DNA of 64,000 bases from Eledone cirrhosa (lineage: Eukaryota): NCBI GenBank assembly GCA_964016885.1, contig OZ024744.1, positions 134,788,001 through 134,852,000 on the forward strand, given 5' to 3'. The notes beneath the pieces are model-generated. The model had not been told where the DNA came from, ran no database searches, and was given only the letters and a program-made list of their open reading frames with translations. Positions 10,029-23,142 of the stretch are shown here, one piece after another (within the stretch, counting starts at the first letter, position 1; every line of letters starts with the position of its first letter). A program made the position numbers and the translations under genes.

Positions 10029-13000
10029 GTCGGGGTTGAGTTAAGTTGGCGTTAAGTTAAGTTAGGCTTAACTTAAGTTGGGGGTAAGTTAAGTTGGGGG
10101 TAAGTTAAGTTGGGGTTAAGTTAAGTTGCGGTTAAGTTGGGGTTAAGTTAAGTTAGGGTTAAGTTAAGTTGGCGTTGAGTTAAGTTGGGGTTAATTAAGT
10201 GGTGGTTACGTTAAGTTGGGGTTAATTTAAATTGGGGTGAAGTTAACTTTGTGGTTAAGTTAAGTTGGGGTTAAGTTAAGTTGGGGTTAAGTTGGGGTTG
10301 AGTTAAGTTGGGGTTGAGTGAAGTTGGGGTTAAGTTAAGTTGGGGTAAAGTTAAGTTGGGGTTAAGTTAAGTCGGGGTTAAGTTAAGTTGTGGTTGAGTT
10401 AAGTTGGGGTTAATTTAAGTTGGGGCTAAGTTAATTTGTGGTTAAGTTAAGTTGGGGTTAAGTTAAGTTGGGGTTAAGTTAAGTTGGGGTTAAGTTAAGT
10501 TGCAGTTAAGTTAAGTTGAGGTTAAGTTAAGTTGGGGTTAAGTTAAGTTGGGGATAAGTTAAGTTGGGGCTAAGTTAAGTTGGGGCTAAGTTAAGTTGGG
10601 GCTAAGTTAAGTTGGGGTTAAGTTAAGTTGGGGTTAAGTTAAGTTGGGGTTAAGTTAAGTTGGGGTTAAGTTAAGTTGGTGTTAAGTTAAGTTGGGGCTA
10701 AGTTAAGTTGGGGCTGAGTTAAGTTGGGGCTGAGTTAAGTTGGGGTTAAGTTAAGTTGGGGTTGAGTTAAGTTGGGGTTAAGTTAAGTTGGGGTCAAGTT
10801 AAGTTGGGGTTAAGTTGGGGTTAATTTAAGTTAGGTTTAAGTTAAGTTGGGGTTAAGTTAAGTTGGGGTTAAGTTAAGTTGGGGTTAAGTTAAGTTGGGG
10901 TTAAGTTAATTTGTGGTTTAGTTAAGTTTGGGTTAAGTTAAGTTGGGGTTAAGTTAAGTTGGGGTTAAGTTAAGTCGTGGTTAAGTTAAGTTGGGGTTAA
11001 GTTAAGTTGGAGTTAAGTTAAGTTAGTGTTAAGTTAAGTTGGGGTTAAGTTAAGTTGGGGTTAAGTTAAGTTGGGGTTAAGTTGAGGTTAAGTTAAGTTG
11101 GGGTTAAATTAAGTTGGGGTTAAGTTAAGTTGGGGTTAAGTTAAGTTGGGGATAAGTTAAGTTGGGGATAATTTAAGTTGGGGTTAAGTTAAGTTGGGGT
11201 TAAGTTAAGTTGGGGTTAAGTTAAGTTGGGGATAAGTTAAGTTGGGGTTAAGTTAAGTTGGGGTTAATTTAAGTTGGGGTTAATTTAAGTCGGGGTTAAT
11301 TTAAGTTGTGGTTGAGTTAAGTTGGGGTTAATTTAAGTTGGGGCTAAGTTAATTTGTGGTTAAGTTAAGTTGGGGTTAAGTTAAGTTGGGGTTAAGTTAA
11401 GTTGGGGTTGAGTTAAGTTGGGGTTGAGTTAATTTGGGGTTAAGTTAAGTTGGGGTTAAGTTAAGTTGGGTTTAAGTTAAGTTGGGGTTAAATTAAGTTG
11501 GGGTTAAATTAAGTTGGGGTTAAGTTAAGTTGGGGGTAAGTTAAGTTGGGGGCAAGTTAAGTTGGGGTTAATTTAAGTTGGGGTTAAATTAAGTTGGGGT
11601 TACGTTAAGTTGGTGTTAAGTTAAGTTGGGGTTAATTTAAGTTGGGGTTGAGTTAAGTTGGGGTTCAGTTAAGTTGGGGATAAGTTAAGTTGGGGTTAAG
11701 TTAAGTTGGGGTTAATTAAGTTGGGGTTAAGTTAAGTTGGGGTTAAGTTAAGTTGGGGCTAAGTTAAGTTGGGGCTGAGTTAAGTTGGGGCTGAGTTAAG
11801 TTGGGGTTAAGTTAAGTTGGGGTTGAGTTAAGTTGGGGTTAAGTTAAGTTGGGGTCAAGTTAAGTTGGGGTTAAGTTGGGGTTAAGTTAAGTTAGGTTTA
11901 AGTTAAGTTGGGGTTAAGTTAAGTTGGGGTTAAGTTAATTTGTGGTTTAGTTAAGTTTGGGTTAAGTTAAGTTGGGGTTAAGTTAAGTTGGGGTTAAGTT
12001 AAGTCGTGGTTAAGTTAAGTTGGGGTTAAGTTAAGTTGGAGTTAAGTTAAGTTGGGGTTAAGTTAAGTTGGGGTTAAGTTAAGTTGGGGTAAAGTTAAGT
12101 TGGGGTTAAGTTAAGTTGAGGTTAAGTTAAGTTGGGGTTAAATTAAGTTGGGGTTAAGTTAAGTTGGGGTTAAGTTAAGTTGGGGATAAGTTAAGTTGGG
12201 GATAATTTAAGTTGGGGTTAAGTTAAGTTGGGGTTAAGTTAAGTTGGGGTTAAGTTAAGTTGGGGATAAGTTAAGTTGGGCTTAAGTTAAGTTGGGGTTA
12301 AGTTAAGTTGGGGTTAAGTTAAGTTGGGGCTGAGTTAAGTTGGGGTTAAGTTAAGTTGGGGGTTAAGTTAAGTTGGGGTTAATTTAAGTTGGGGATAAGT
12401 TAAGTTGGGGATAATTTAAGTTGGGGTTAAGTTAAGTTGGGGTTAAGTTAAGTTGGGGTTAAGTTAAGTTGGGGATAAGTTAAGTTGGGGTTAAGTTAAG
12501 TTGGGGTTCAGTTAAGTTGGGGTTAAGTTAAGTTGGGGTTAAGATGGGGTTAAATTAAGTTGGGGTTAAGTTAAGTTGGGGTTAAGTTAAGTTGGGGTTA
12601 AGTTAAGTTGGGGTTAAGTTAAGTCGGGGTTAAGTTAAGTCGGGGTTAAGTTAAGTTGGGGCTAAGTTAAGTTGGGGTTAAGTTAAGTTGTGGTTGAGTT
12701 AAGTTGGGGTTAATTTAAGTTGGGGCTAAGTTAATTTGTGGTTAAGTTAAGTTGGGGTTAAGTTAAGTTGGGGTTAAGTTAAGTTGGTGTTAAGTTAAGT
12801 TGCAGTTAAGTTAAGTTGAGGTTAAGTTAAGTTGGGGTTAAGTTAAGTTGGGGTTAAGTTAAGTTGGGGCTAAGTTAAGTTGGGGCTAAGTTAAGTTGGG
12901 GCTAAGTTAAGTTGGGGTTAAGTTAAGTTGGGGTTAAGTTAAGTTGGGGTTAAGTTAAGTTGGGGTTAAGTTAAGTTGGTGTTGAGTTAAGTTGGGGCTA

Positions 13001-15261
13001 AGTTAAGTTGGGGCTGAGTTAAGTTGGGGCTGAGTTAAGTTGGGGTTAAGTTAAGTTGGGGTTGAGTTAAGTTGGGGTTAAGTTAAGTTGGGGTCAAGTT
13101 AAGTTGGGGTTAAGTTGGGGTTAATTTAAGTTAGGTTTAAGTTAAGTTGGGGTTAAGTTAAGTTGGGGTTAAGTTAAGTTGGGGTTAAGTTAAGTTGGGG
13201 TTAAGTTAAGTTGGGGTTAAGTTAATTTGTGGTTAAGTTAAGTTGGGGTTAAGTTAAGTTGGGGTTAAGTTAAGTTGGGGTTAAGTTAAGTCGGGGTTAA
13301 GTTAAGTTGGGGTTAAGTTAAGTTGGGGTTAATTTAAGTTGGGGTTAAGTTAAGTTGGGGTTAATTTAAGTTGGGGTTAAGTTAAGCTGGGGTTAAGTTA
13401 AGTTGGGGTTAAGTTAAGTTGGGGTTAATTTAAGTTGGGGTTAATTTAAGTCGGGGTTAAGTTAAGTTGTGGTTGAGTTAAGTTGGGGTTAATTTAAGTT
13501 GGGGCTAAGTTAATTTGTGGTTAAGTTAAGTTGGGGTTAAGTTAAGTTGGGGTTAAGTTAAGTTGGGGTTGAGTTAAGTTGGGGTTGAGTTAATTTGGGG
13601 TTAAGTTAAGTTGGGGTTAAGTTAAGTTGGGTTTAAGTTAAGTTGGGGTTAAATTAAGTTGGGGTTAAATTAAGTTGGGGTTAAGTTAAGTTGGGGTTAA
13701 GTTAAGTTGGGGGCAAGTTAAGTTGGGGTTAATTTAAGTTGGGGTTAAATTAAGTTGGGGTTACGTTAAGTTGGTGTTAAGTTAAGTTGGGGTTAATTTA
13801 AGTTGGGTTGAGTTAAGTTGGGGTTCAGTTAAGTTGGGGATAAGTTAAGTTGGGGTTAAGTTAAGTTGGGGTTAATTAAGTTGGGGTTAAGTTAAGTTGG
13901 GGTTAAGTTAAGTTGGGGCTAAGTTAAGTTGGGGCTGAGTTAAGTTGGGGCTGAGTTAAGTTGGGGTTAAGTTAAGTTGGGGTTGAGTTAAGTTGGGGTT
14001 AAGTTGGGGTTAAGTTAAGTTAGGTTTAAGTTAAGTTGGGGTTAAGTTAAGTTCGGGTTAAGTTAATTTGTGGTTTAGTTAAGTTTGGGTTAAGTTAAGT
14101 TGGGGTTAAGTTAAGTTGGGGTTAAGTTAAGTCGTGGTTAAGTTAAGTTGGGGTTAAGTTAAGTTGGAGTTAAGTTAAGTTGGGGTTAAGTTAAGTTGGG
14201 GTTAAGTTAAGTTGGGGTTAAGTTAAGTTGGGGTTAAGTTAAGTTGAGGTTAAGTTAAGTTGGGGTCAAATTAAGTTGGGGTTAAGTTAAGTTGGGGTTA
14301 AGTTAAGTTGGGGATAAGTTAAGTTGGGGATAATTTAAGTTGGGGTTAAGTTAAGTTGGGGTTAAGTTAAGTTGGGGTTAAGTTAAGTTGGGGATAAGTT
14401 AAGTTGGGGTTAAGTTAAGTTGGGGTTAAGTTAAGTTGGGGTTAAGTTAAGTTGGGGCTAAGTTAAGTTGGGGCTGAGTTAAGTTGGGGTTAAGTTAAGT
14501 TGGGGTTAAGTTAAGTTGGGGTTAAGTTAAGTTGGGGTTAATTTAAGTTGGGGTTTATTTAAGTTGGGGTTAAGTTAAGTTGGGGTTCAGTTAAGTTGGG
14601 GTTAAGTTAAGTTGGGGTTAAATGGGGTTAAATTAAGTTGGGGTTAAGTTAAGTTGGGGTTAAGTTAACTTGGGGTTAAGTTAAGTCGGGGTTAAGTTAA
14701 GTCGGGGTTAAGTTAAGTTAGGGTTCAGTTAAGTTGGGGTTAAGTTAAGTTGGGGTTGAGTTAAGTTGGGGTTGAGTTAAATTGGGGTTGAGTTAAGTTG
14801 GGGTTGAGTTAAGTTGGTGTTGAGTTAAGTTGGGGTTAAGTTAAGTTGGGGTTAAGTTAAGTTGCAGTTAAGTTAAGTTGAGGTTAAGTTAAGGTGCGGT
14901 TAAGTTAAGTTGGGGTTAAGTTAAGTTGGGGCTAAGTTAAGTTGGGGCTAAGTTAAGTTGGGGCTAAGTTAAGTTGGGGTTAAGTTACGTTGGGGTTAAG
15001 TTAAGTCGGGGTTAAGTTAAGTTGGGGTTAAGTTAAGTTGGGGTTAATTTAAGTTGGGGTTATGTTAAGTTGTGGTTAAGTTAAGTTGGGGTTAAGTTAA
15101 GTTGGGGTTAAGTTGGGTTTAAGTTAAGTTGGGGTTAAGTTAAGTTGGGGTCAAGTTAAGTTGAGGTTAAGTTAAGTTGGTTAGTTAAGTTGAGTTTAAG
15201 TTAAGTTGGGGTTAATTTAAGTTGGGGTTAAGTTAAGTTGGGGTTAAGTTAAGTTGGGTTT

Positions 15262-15430
15262 AACCCCAACTTAAGTTAACCCCAACTTAACTTAATACCA
15301 ACTTCACTCAACCCCAACGTAACTCAACCCCAACTTAACTTAACCCCAACTTCACTCAACCCCAACTTAACTTAACCCCAACTTGACTTAACCCCAACTT
15401 AACTTAGCCCCAACTTAACTTAAGCCCAAA
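15262..15430 (-). repeat. Inverted cassette 8 (copy of cassette 6)
   Basis: Appears identical to 9132-9300. Confidence 0.95.
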
Positions 15431-16685
15431 GTCGGGGTTAAGTTAAGTTGGCGTTAAGTTAAGTTAGGCTTAACTTAAGTTGGGGGTAAGTTAAGTTGGG
15501 GGTAAGTTAAGTTGGGGTTAAGTTAAGTTGCGGTTAAGTTGGGGTTAAGTTAAGTTAGGGTTAAGTTAAGTTGGCGTTGAGTTAAGTTGGGGTTAATTAA
15601 GTGGTGGTTATGTTAAGTTGGGGTTAATTTAAATTGGGGTGAAGTTAACTTTGTGGTTAAGTTAAGTTGGGGTTAAGTTGGGGTTGAGTTATGTTGGGGT
15701 TGAGTGAAGTTGGGGTTAAGTTAAGTTGGGGTAAAGTTAAGTTGGGGTTAAGTTAAGTCGGGGTTAAGTTAAGTTGTGGTTGAGTTAAGTTGGGGTTAAT
15801 TTAAGTTGGGGCTAAGTTAATTTGTGGTTAAGTTAAGTTGGGGTTAAGTTAAGTTGGGGTTAAGTTAAGTTGGGGTTAAGTTAAGTTGCAGTTAAGTTAA
15901 GTTGAGGTTAAGTTAAGTTGGGGTTAAGTTAAGTTGGGGTTAAGTTAAGTTGGGGTTCAGTTAAGTTGGGGTTAAGTTAAGTTGGGGTTAAGATGGGGTT
16001 AAATTAAGTTGGGGTTAAGTTAAGTTGGGGTTAAGTTAAGTTGGGGTTAAGTTAAGTTGGGGTTAATTTAAGTCGGGGTTAAGTTAAGTCGGGGTTAAGT
16101 TAAGTTAGGGTTCAGTTACGTTGGGGTTAAGTTAAGTTGGGGTTGAGTTAAGTTGGGGTTGAGTTAAATTGGGGTTGAGTTAAGTTGGGGTTGAGTTAAG
16201 TTGGTGTTGAGTTAAGTTGGGGTTAAGTTAAGTTGGGGTTAAGTTAAGTTGCAGTTAAGTTAAGTTTAGGTTAAGTTAAGGTGCGGTTAAGTTAAGTTGG
16301 GGTTAAGTTAAGTTGGGGCTAAGTTAAGTTGGGGCTAAGTTAAGTTGGGGCTAAGTTAAGTTGGGGTTAAGTTACGTTGGGGTTAAGTTAAGTCGGGGTT
16401 AAGTTAAGTTGGGGTTAAGTTAAGTTGGGGTTAATTTAAGTTGGGGTTAAGTTAAGTTGGGGTTAAGTTTAGTTGGGGTTAAGTTAAGTTGGGGTTAAGT
16501 TAAGTTGGGTTTAAGTTAAGTTGGGGTTAAGTTAAGTTGGGGTCAAGTTAAGTTGGGGTTAAGTTAAGTTGGTTAGTTAAGTTGAGTTTAAGTTAAGTTG
16601 GGGTTAATTTAAGTTGGGGTTAAGTTAAGTTGGGGTTAAGTTAAGTTGGGGTTAAGTTAAGTTGGGGTTAAGTTAAGTTGGGGTT

Positions 16686-16902
16686 AACCCCAACTTAACT
16701 TAACCCCAACTTAACTTAACCCCAACTTCACTCAACCCCAACGTAACTCAACCCCAACTTAACTTAACCCCAACTTCACTCAACCCCAACTTAACTTAAC
16801 CCCAACTTCACTCAACCCCAACTTAAGTCAACCCCAACTTAACTTAACCCCAACTTGACTTATCCCCAAATTAACTTAGCCCCAACTTAACTTAAGCCCA
16901 AA
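16686..16902 (-). repeat. Inverted cassette 9 (copy of cassette 7)
   Basis: TATCCCCAAATT variant; flank GTGGTGGTTACG. Confidence 0.95.
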
Positions 16903-19805
16903 GTCGGGGTTGAGTTAAGTTGGCGTTAAGTTAAGTTAGGCTTAACTTAAGTTGGGGGTAAGTTAAGTTGGGGGTAAGTTAAGTTGGGGTTAAGTTAAGT
17001 TGCGGTTAAGTTGGGGTTAAGTTAAGTTAGGGTTAAGTTAAGTTGGCGTTGAGTTAAGTTGGGGTTAATTAAGTGGTGGTTACGTTAAGTTGGGGTTAAT
17101 TTAAATTGGGGTGAAGTTAACTTTGTGGTTAAGTTAAGTTGGGGTTAAGTTAAGTTGGGGTTAAGTTGGGGTTGAGTTAAGTTGGGGTTGAGTGAAGTTG
17201 GGGTTAAGTTAAGTTGGGGTAAAGTTAAGTTGGGGTTAAGTTAAGTCGGGGTTAAGTTAAGTTGTGGTTGAGTTAAGTTGGGGTTAATTTAAGTTGGGGC
17301 TAAGTTAATTTGTGGTTAAGTTAAGTTGGGGTTAAGTTAAGTTGGGGTTAAGTTAAGTTGGGGTTAAGTTAAGTTGCAGTTAAGTTAAGTTGAGGTTAAG
17401 TTAAGTTGGGGTTAAGTTAAGTTGGGGCTAAGTTAAGTTGGGGCTAAGTTAAGTTGGGGCTAAGTTAAGTTGGGGTTAAGTTAAGATGGGGTTAAGTTAA
17501 GTTGGGGTTAAGTTAAGTTGGGGTTAAGTTAAGTTGGTGTTAAGTTAAGTTGGGGCTAAGTTAAGTTGGGGCTGAGTTAAGTTGGGGCTGAGTTAAGTTG
17601 GGGTTAAGTTAAGTTGGGGTTGAGTTAAGTTGGGGTTAAGTTAAGTTGGGGTCAAGTTAAGTTGGGGTTAAGTTGGGGTTAATTTAAGTTAGGTTTAAGT
17701 TAAGTTGGGGTTAAGTTAAGTTGGGGATAAGTTAAGTTGGGGTTAAGTTAAGTTGGGGTTAAGTTAAGTTGGGGTTAATTTAAGTTGGGGTTAATTTAAG
17801 TCGGGGTTAATTTAAGTTGTGGTTGAGTTAAGTTGGGGTTAATTTAAGTTGGGGCTAAGTTAATTTGTGGTTAAGTTAAGTTGGGGTTAAGTTAAGTTGG
17901 GGTTAAGTTAAGTTGGGGTTGAGTTAAGTTGGGGTTGAGTTAATTTGGGGTTAAGTTAAGTTGGGGTTAAGTTAAGTTGGGTTTAAGTTAAGTTGGGGTT
18001 AAATTAAGTTGGGGTTAAATTAAGTTGGGGTTAAGTTAAGTTGGGGGTAAGTTAAGTTGGGGGCAAGTTAAGTTGGGGTTAATTTAAGTTGGGGTTAAAT
18101 TAAGTTGGGGTTACGTTAAGTTGGTGTTAAGTTAAGTTGGGGTTAATTTAAGTTGGGGTTAAGTTAAGTTGGGGTTAATTAAGTTGGGGTTAAGTTAAGT
18201 TGGGGTTAAGTTAAGTTGGGGCTAAGTTAAGTTGGGGCTGAGTTAAGTTGGGGCTGAGTTAAGTTGGGGTTAAGTTAAGTTGGGGTTGAGTTAAGTTGGG
18301 GTTAAGTTAAGTTGGGGATAAGCTAAGTTGGGGTTAAGTTAAGTTGGGGTTAATTAAGTTGGGGTTAAGTTAAGTTGGGGTTAAGTTAAGTTGGGGCTAA
18401 GTTAAGTTGGGGCTGAGTTAAGTTGGGGCTGAGTTAAGTTGGGGTTAAGTTAAGTTGGGGTTGAGTTAAGTTGGGGTTAAGTTAAGTTGGGGTCAAGTTA
18501 AGTTGGGGTTAAGTTGGGGTTAAGTTAAGTTAGGTTTAAGTTAAGTTGGGGTTAAGTTAAGTTGGGGTTAAGTTAATTTGTGGTTTAGTTAAGTTTGGGT
18601 TAAGTTAAGTTGGGGTTAAGTTAAGTTGGGGTTAAGTTAAGTCGTGGTTAAGTTAAGTTGGGGTTAAGTTAAGTTGGAGTTAAGTTAAGTTGGGGTTAAG
18701 TTAAGTTGGGGTTAAGTTAAGTTGGGGTTAAGTTAAGTTGGGGTTAAGTTAAGTTGAGGTTAAGTTAAGTTGGGGTTAAATTAAGTTGGGGTTAAGTTAA
18801 GTTGGGGTTAAGTTAAGTTGGGGATAAGTTAAGTTGGGGATAATTTAAGTTGGGGTTAAGTTAAGTTGGGGTTAAGTTAAGTTGGGGTTAAGTTAAGTTG
18901 GGGATAAGTTAAGTTGGGGTTAAGTTAAGTTGGGGTTAAGTTAAGTTGGGGTTAAGTTAAGTTGGGGCTGAGTTAAGTTGGGGTTAAGTTAAGTTGGGGG
19001 TTAAGTTAAGTTGGGGTTAAGTTAAGTTGGGGATAAGTTAAGTTGGGGATAATTTAAGTTGGGGTTAAGTTAAGTTGGGGTTAAGTTAAGTTGGGGTTAA
19101 GTTAAGTTGGGGATAAGTTAAGTTGGGGTTAAGTTAAGTTGGGGTTCAGTTAAGTTGGGGTTAAGTTAAGTTGGGGTTAAGATGGGGTTAAATTAAGTTG
19201 GGGTTAAGTTAAGTTGGGGTTAAGTTAAGTTGGGGTTAAGTTAAGTTGGGGTTAAGTTAAGTCGGGGTTAAGTTAAGTCGGGGTTAAGTTAAGTTAGGGT
19301 TCAATTAAGTTGGGGTTAAGTTAAGTTGGGGTTGAGTTAAGTTGGGGTTGAGTTAAATTGGGGTTGAGTTAAGTTGGGGTTGAGTTAAGTTGGTGTTGAG
19401 TTAAGTTGCAGTTAAGTTAAGTTGAGGTTAAGTTAAGGTGCGGTTAAGTTAAGTTGGGGTTAAGTTAAGTTGGGGCTAAGTTAAGTTGGGGCTAAGTTAA
19501 GTTGGGGCTAAGTTAAATTGGGGTTAAGTTACGTTGGGGTTAAGTTAAGTCGGGGTTAAGTTAAGTTGGGGTTAAGTTAAGTTGGGGTTAATTTAAGTTG
19601 GGGTTAAGTTAAGTTGGGGTTAAGTTAAGTTGGGGTTAAGTTAAGTTGGGGTTAAGTTGGGTTTAAGTTAAGTTGGGGTTAAGTTAAGTTGGGGTCAAGT
19701 TAAGTTGGGGTTAAGTTAAGTTGGTTAGTTAAGTTGAGTTTAAGTTAAGTTGGGGTTAATTTAAGTTGGGGTTAAGTTAAGTTGGGGTTAAGTTAAGTTG
19801 GGGTT

Positions 19806-20022
19806 AACCCCAACTTAAGTTAACCCCAACTTAACTTAATACCAACTTCACTCAACCCCAACGTAACTCAACCCCAACTTAACTTAACCCCAACTTCACT
19901 CAACCCCAACTTAACTTAACCCCAACTTCACTCAATTCCAACTTAAGTCAACCCCAATTTAACTTAACCCCAACTTGACTTAACCCCAACTTAACTTAGC
20001 CCCAACTTAACTTAAGCCCAAA
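19806..20022 (-). repeat. Inverted cassette 10 (class A, AATACC/CAATTCC subtype)
   Basis: Same junctions. Confidence 0.95.
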
Positions 20023-22925
20023 GTCGGGGTTAAGTTAAGTTGGCGTTAAGTTAAGTTAGGCTTAACTTAAGTTGGGGGTAAGTTAAGTTGGGGGTAAGTT
20101 AAGTTGGGGTTAAGTTAAGTTGCGGTTAAGTTGGGGTTAAGTTAAGTTAGGGTTAAGTTAAGTTGGCGTTGAGTTAAGTTGGGGTTAATTAAGTGGTGGT
20201 TACGTTAAGTTGGGGTTAATTTAAATTGGGGTGAAGTTAACTTTGTGGTTAAGTTAAGTTGGGGTTAAGTTAAGTTGGGGTTAAGTTGGGGTTGAGTTAA
20301 GTTGGGGTTGAGTGAAGTTGGGGTTAAGTTAAGTTGGGGTAAAGTTAAGTTGGGGTTAAGTTAAGTCGGGGTTAAGTTAAGTTGTGGTTGAGTTAAGTTG
20401 GGGTTAATTTAAGTTGGGGCTAAGTTAATTTGTGGTTAAGTTAAGTTGGGGTTAAGTTAAGTTGGGGTTAAGTTAAGTTGGGGTTAAGTTAAGTTGCAGT
20501 TAAGTTAAGTTGAGGTTAAGTTAAGTTGGGGTTAAGTTAAGTTGGGGCTAAGTTAAGTTGGGGCTAAGTTAAGTTGGGGCTAAGTTAAGTTGGGGTTAAG
20601 TTAAGATGGGGTTAAGTTAAGTTGGGGTTAAGTTAAGTTGGGGTTAAGTTAAGTTGGTGTTAAGTTAAGTTGGGGCTAAGTTAAGTTGGGGCTGAGTTAA
20701 GTTGGGGCTGAGTTAAGTTGGGGTTAAGTTAAGTTGGGGTTGAGTTAAGTTGGGGTTAAGTTAAGTTGGGGTCAAGTTAAGTTGGGGTTAAGTTGGGGTT
20801 AATTTAAGTTAGGTTTAAGTTAAGTTGGGGTTAAGTTAAGTTGGGGATAAGTTAAGTTGGGGTTAAGTTAAGTTGGGGTTAAGTTAAGTTGGGGTTAATT
20901 TAAGTTGGGGTTAATTTAAGTCGGGGTTAATTTAAGTTGTGGTTGAGTTAAGTTGGGGTTAATTTAAGTTGGGGCTAAGTTAATTTGTGGTTAAGTTAAG
21001 TTGGGGTTAAGTTAAGTTGGGGTTAAGTTAAGTTGGGGTTGAGTTAAGTTGGGGTTGAGTTAATTTGGGGTTAAGTTAAGTTGGGGTTAAGTTAAGTTGG
21101 GTTTAAGTTAAGTTGGGGTTAAATTAAGTTGGGGTTAAATTAAGTTGGGGTTAAGTTAAGTTGGGGGTAAGTTAAGTTGGGGGCAAGTTAAGTTGGGGTT
21201 AATTTAAGTTGGGGTTAAATTAAGTTGGGGTTACGTTAAGTTGGTGTTAAGTTAAGTTGGGGTTAATTTAAGTTGGGGTTAAGTTAAGTTGGGGTTAATT
21301 AAGTTGGGGTTAAGTTAAGTTGGGGTTAAGTTAAGTTGGGGCTAAGTTAAGTTGGGGCTGAGTTAAGTTGGGGCTGAGTTAAGTTGGGGTTAAGTTAAGT
21401 TGGGGTTGAGTTAAGTTGGGGTTAAGTTAAGTTGGGGATAAGCTAAGTTGGGGTTAAGTTAAGTTGGGGTTAATTAAGTTGGGGTTAAGTTAAGTTGGGG
21501 TTAAGTTAAGTTGGGGCTAAGTTAAGTTGGGGCTGAGTTAAGTTGGGGCTGAGTTAAGTTGGGGTTAAGTTAAGTTGGGGTTGAGTTAAGTTGGGGTTAA
21601 GTTAAGTTGGGGTCAAGTTAAGTTGGGGTTAAGTTGGGGTTAAGTTAAGTTAGGTTTAAGTTAAGTTGGGGTTAAGTTAAGTTGGGGTTAAGTTAATTTG
21701 TGGTTTAGTTAAGTTTGGGTTAAGTTAAGTTGGGGTTAAGTTAAGTTGGGGTTAAGTTAAGTCGTGGTTAAGTTAAGTTGGGGTTAAGTTAAGTTGGAGT
21801 TAAGTTAAGTTGGGGTTAAGTTAAGTTGGGGTTAAGTTAAGTTGGGGTTAAGTTAAGTTGGGGTTAAGTTAAGTTGAGGTTAAGTTAAGTTGGGGTTAAA
21901 TTAAGTTGGGGTTAAGTTAAGTTGGGGTTAAGTTAAGTTGGGGATAAGTTAAGTTGGGGATAATTTAAGTTGGGGTTAAGTTAAGTTGGGGTTAAGTTAA
22001 GTTGGGGTTAAGTTAAGTTGGGGATAAGTTAAGTTGGGGTTAAGTTAAGTTGGGGTTAAGTTAAGTTGGGGTTAAGTTAAGTTGGGGCTGAGTTAAGTTG
22101 GGGTTAAGTTAAGTTGGGGGTTAAGTTAAGTTGGGGTTAAGTTAAGTTGGGGATAAGTTAAGTTGGGGATAATTTAAGTTGGGGTTAAGTTAAGTTGGGG
22201 TTAAGTTAAGTTGGGGTTAAGTTAAGTTGGGGATAAGTTAAGTTGGGGTTAAGTTAAGTTGGGGTTCAGTTAAGTTGGGGTTAAGTTAAGTTGGGGTTAA
22301 GATGGGGTTAAATTAAGTTGGGGTTAAGTTAAGTTGGGGTTAAGTTAAGTTGGGGTTAAGTTAAGTTGGGGTTAAGTTAAGTCGGGGTTAAGTTAAGTCG
22401 GGGTTAAGTTAAGTTAGGGTTCAATTAAGTTGGGGTTAAGTTAAGTTGGGGTTGAGTTAAGTTGGGGTTGAGTTAAATTGGGGTTGAGTTAAGTTGGGGT
22501 TGAGTTAAGTTGGTGTTGAGTTAAGTTGCAGTTAAGTTAAGTTGAGGTTAAGTTAAGGTGCGGTTAAGTTAAGTTGGGGTTAAGTTAAGTTGGGGCTAAG
22601 TTAAGTTGGGGCTAAGTTAAGTTGGGGCTAAGTTAAATTGGGGTTAAGTTACGTTGGGGTTAAGTTAAGTCGGGGTTAAGTTAAGTTGGGGTTAAGTTAA
22701 GTTGGGGTTAATTTAAGTTGGGGTTAAGTTAAGTTGGGGTTAAGTTAAGTTGGGGTTAAGTTAAGTTGGGGTTAAGTTGGGTTTAAGTTAAGTTGGGGTT
22801 AAGTTAAGTTGGGGTCAAGTTAAGTTGGGGTTAAGTTAAGTTGGTTAGTTAAGTTGAGTTTAAGTTAAGTTGGGGTTAATTTAAGTTGGGGTTAAGTTAA
22901 GTTGGGGTTAAGTTAAGTTGGGGTT

Positions 22926-23142
22926 AACCCCAACTTAAGTTAACCCCAACTTAACTTAATACCAACTTCACTCAACCCCAACGTAACTCAACCCCAACTT
23001 AACTTAACCCCAACTTCACTCAACCCCAACTTAACTTAACCCCAACTTCACTCAATTCCAACTTAAGTCAACCCCAATTTAACTTAACCCCAACTTGACT
23101 TAACCCCAACTTAACTTAGCCCCAACTTAACTTAAGCCCAAA
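22926..23142 (-). repeat. Inverted cassette 11 (copy of cassette 10)
   Basis: Appears identical to cassette 10 at +3120. Confidence 0.95.

Larger units (their letters stand above)
6530..19270 (+). repeat. Tandem block duplication, ~6530-12650 vs ~12680-19270, with internal indels
   Basis: Rare variants recur in order: AAGCTGGGG 7240/13386, GTTCGGG 7921/14051, GGGTTTATTT 8421/14551, AATGGGG 8491/14621, cassettes 6/8 and 7/9, G5 run 12358/18996. Confidence 0.75.

Noticed and set aside
16686-22926. 3120 bp being exactly 195 x 16 as evidence of strict phasing
   Set aside because: The interval includes 10/11/15/17-bp units and an inversion, and most other intervals are not multiples of 16, so this is likely coincidence.
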